Of a stretch of 55,300 nucleotides of DNA, positions 54,869-55,300 are shown piece by piece. Position 1 is the first letter of the stretch; every line of letters starts with the position of its first letter. The translations under genes were made by a program, and so were the position numbers. This DNA comes from a virus. Taxonomy: Duplodnaviria > Caudoviricetes. Below the pieces are notes generated by a model. That model did no database searches and had not been told where the DNA came from. It worked only from the letters and a program-made list of their open reading frames with translations. Where the stretch lies: positions 1 to 55,300 of the IMG/VR virus record IMGVR_UViG_3300014501_000022, one strand, 5' to 3'.

Positions 54869-55031
54869 ATGTTAGGATTGTCGTACCATAATCGACACCC
54901 GACAACGTCTGGAATGCTCCGCACTTACGACGACAGTTTCTATACTTCGTAGGGAACCCTTTCTTTACTTTCGAAAGGATAAACTCACCCCAATCATGCC
55001 CTAATATCTTACACAGGTTCTTTAGAAACAT
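54861..55031 (-). CDS. small DUF1660-like Cys/His protein (56 aa, not in ORF track)
   Basis: MFLKNLCKILGHDW...CRRKC. Confidence 0.6.
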   Translation of the reverse strand: MFLKNLCKILGHDWGEFILSKVKKGFPTKYRNCRRKCGAFQTLSGVDYGTTILTYE

Positions 55032-55035
55032 AAAC

Positions 55036-55109
55036 TGGCGGGGGCTCTAGGAATCGAACCCAGGTTAACGGTTTTGGAGACCGCAATTCTGCCACTGAAC
55101 TAAACCCCC
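55036..55109 (-). tRNA. tRNA-Trp(CCA)
   Basis: GGGGGTT/AGCCCCC, loop CTCCAAA, G73, CCA. Confidence 0.9.
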
Positions 55110-55116
55110 ATAAATC

Positions 55117-55204
55117 TGGCGGAAGCTACAGGATTCGAACCTGTGGAGCTGTTACACCCTTCGGTTTTCAAGACCGACGCCTTAAACCACTCGGCCAAAC
55201 TTCC
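55117..55204 (-). tRNA. tRNA-Ser(TGA)
   Basis: GGAAGTT/AGCTTCC, loop CTTGAAA, long variable arm, G73, CCA. Confidence 0.92.
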
Positions 55205-55300
55205 AAATCAATTGTAGTAGTGCTGACCTTGTTTTTAACCCCACATCCGCGTGCTGGTCCCATTTTAGCTAGCCTTATTGGGACTTCTCGAGTTACGAAG

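Noticed and set aside
52804-54891. + strand ORFs over the tRNA region (52804-53106, 53200-53421, 54448-54891)
   Set aside because: They run antisense through tRNA genes and better-supported minus-strand ORFs
1-55300. Genome-wide TAG reassignment (code 15)
   Set aside because: Long ORFs are TAG-free, coding density is high under code 11, and TAG ends sbcD, polA and the HNH gene at natural C-termini with only short read-through extensions
55210-55300. Hairpin GTCCCA...TGGGAC at the window end as an ncRNA
   Set aside because: Short stem, truncated context, and one minus-strand frame is open, so it may be a CDS end

Overview
Segment of a large (jumbo-type) bacteriophage genome. Genes are dense, often coupled by TAATG/ATGA overlaps, and read in the standard code. 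(1) 1-25 kb, + strand: nucleotide metabolism, replication and recombination genes (class II ribonucleotide reductase, RecA, SSB-like protein, split SbcC plus SbcD, NinG/Rap-like nuclease, UDG-PolA fusion, dUTPase, split primase, PhoH, CspA, NusG paralogue, sigma-like proteins). Interleaved with them is a complete preQ0 pathway (FolE2, QueD, QueE, QueC) plus a divergent TGT/DpdA-like enzyme next to a P-loop kinase-like gene. (2) 25-50.5 kb, + strand: six very large mosaic proteins in which small modules (zinc fingers, SH3/KOW-like barrels, an ADP-ribosyltransferase-like domain, sigma-like regions, HEAT repeats) are often preceded by a recurring hydrophobic-x-K-x-A motif. A papain-like and a trypsin-like protease are encoded among them, suggesting processed polyproteins. 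(3) 50.6-55.3 kb, - strand, after a bidirectional terminator: an HNH nuclease and 14 tRNAs punctuating small Cys-rich ORFs. The tRNAs include an amber (CUA) suppressor directly downstream of a reading frame interrupted by two in-frame TAG codons, a Leu(AAG), three short-variable-arm Leu tRNAs and four tRNAs with covarying A18/G55 elbows. All family calls are by motif recognition only; no searches were run.
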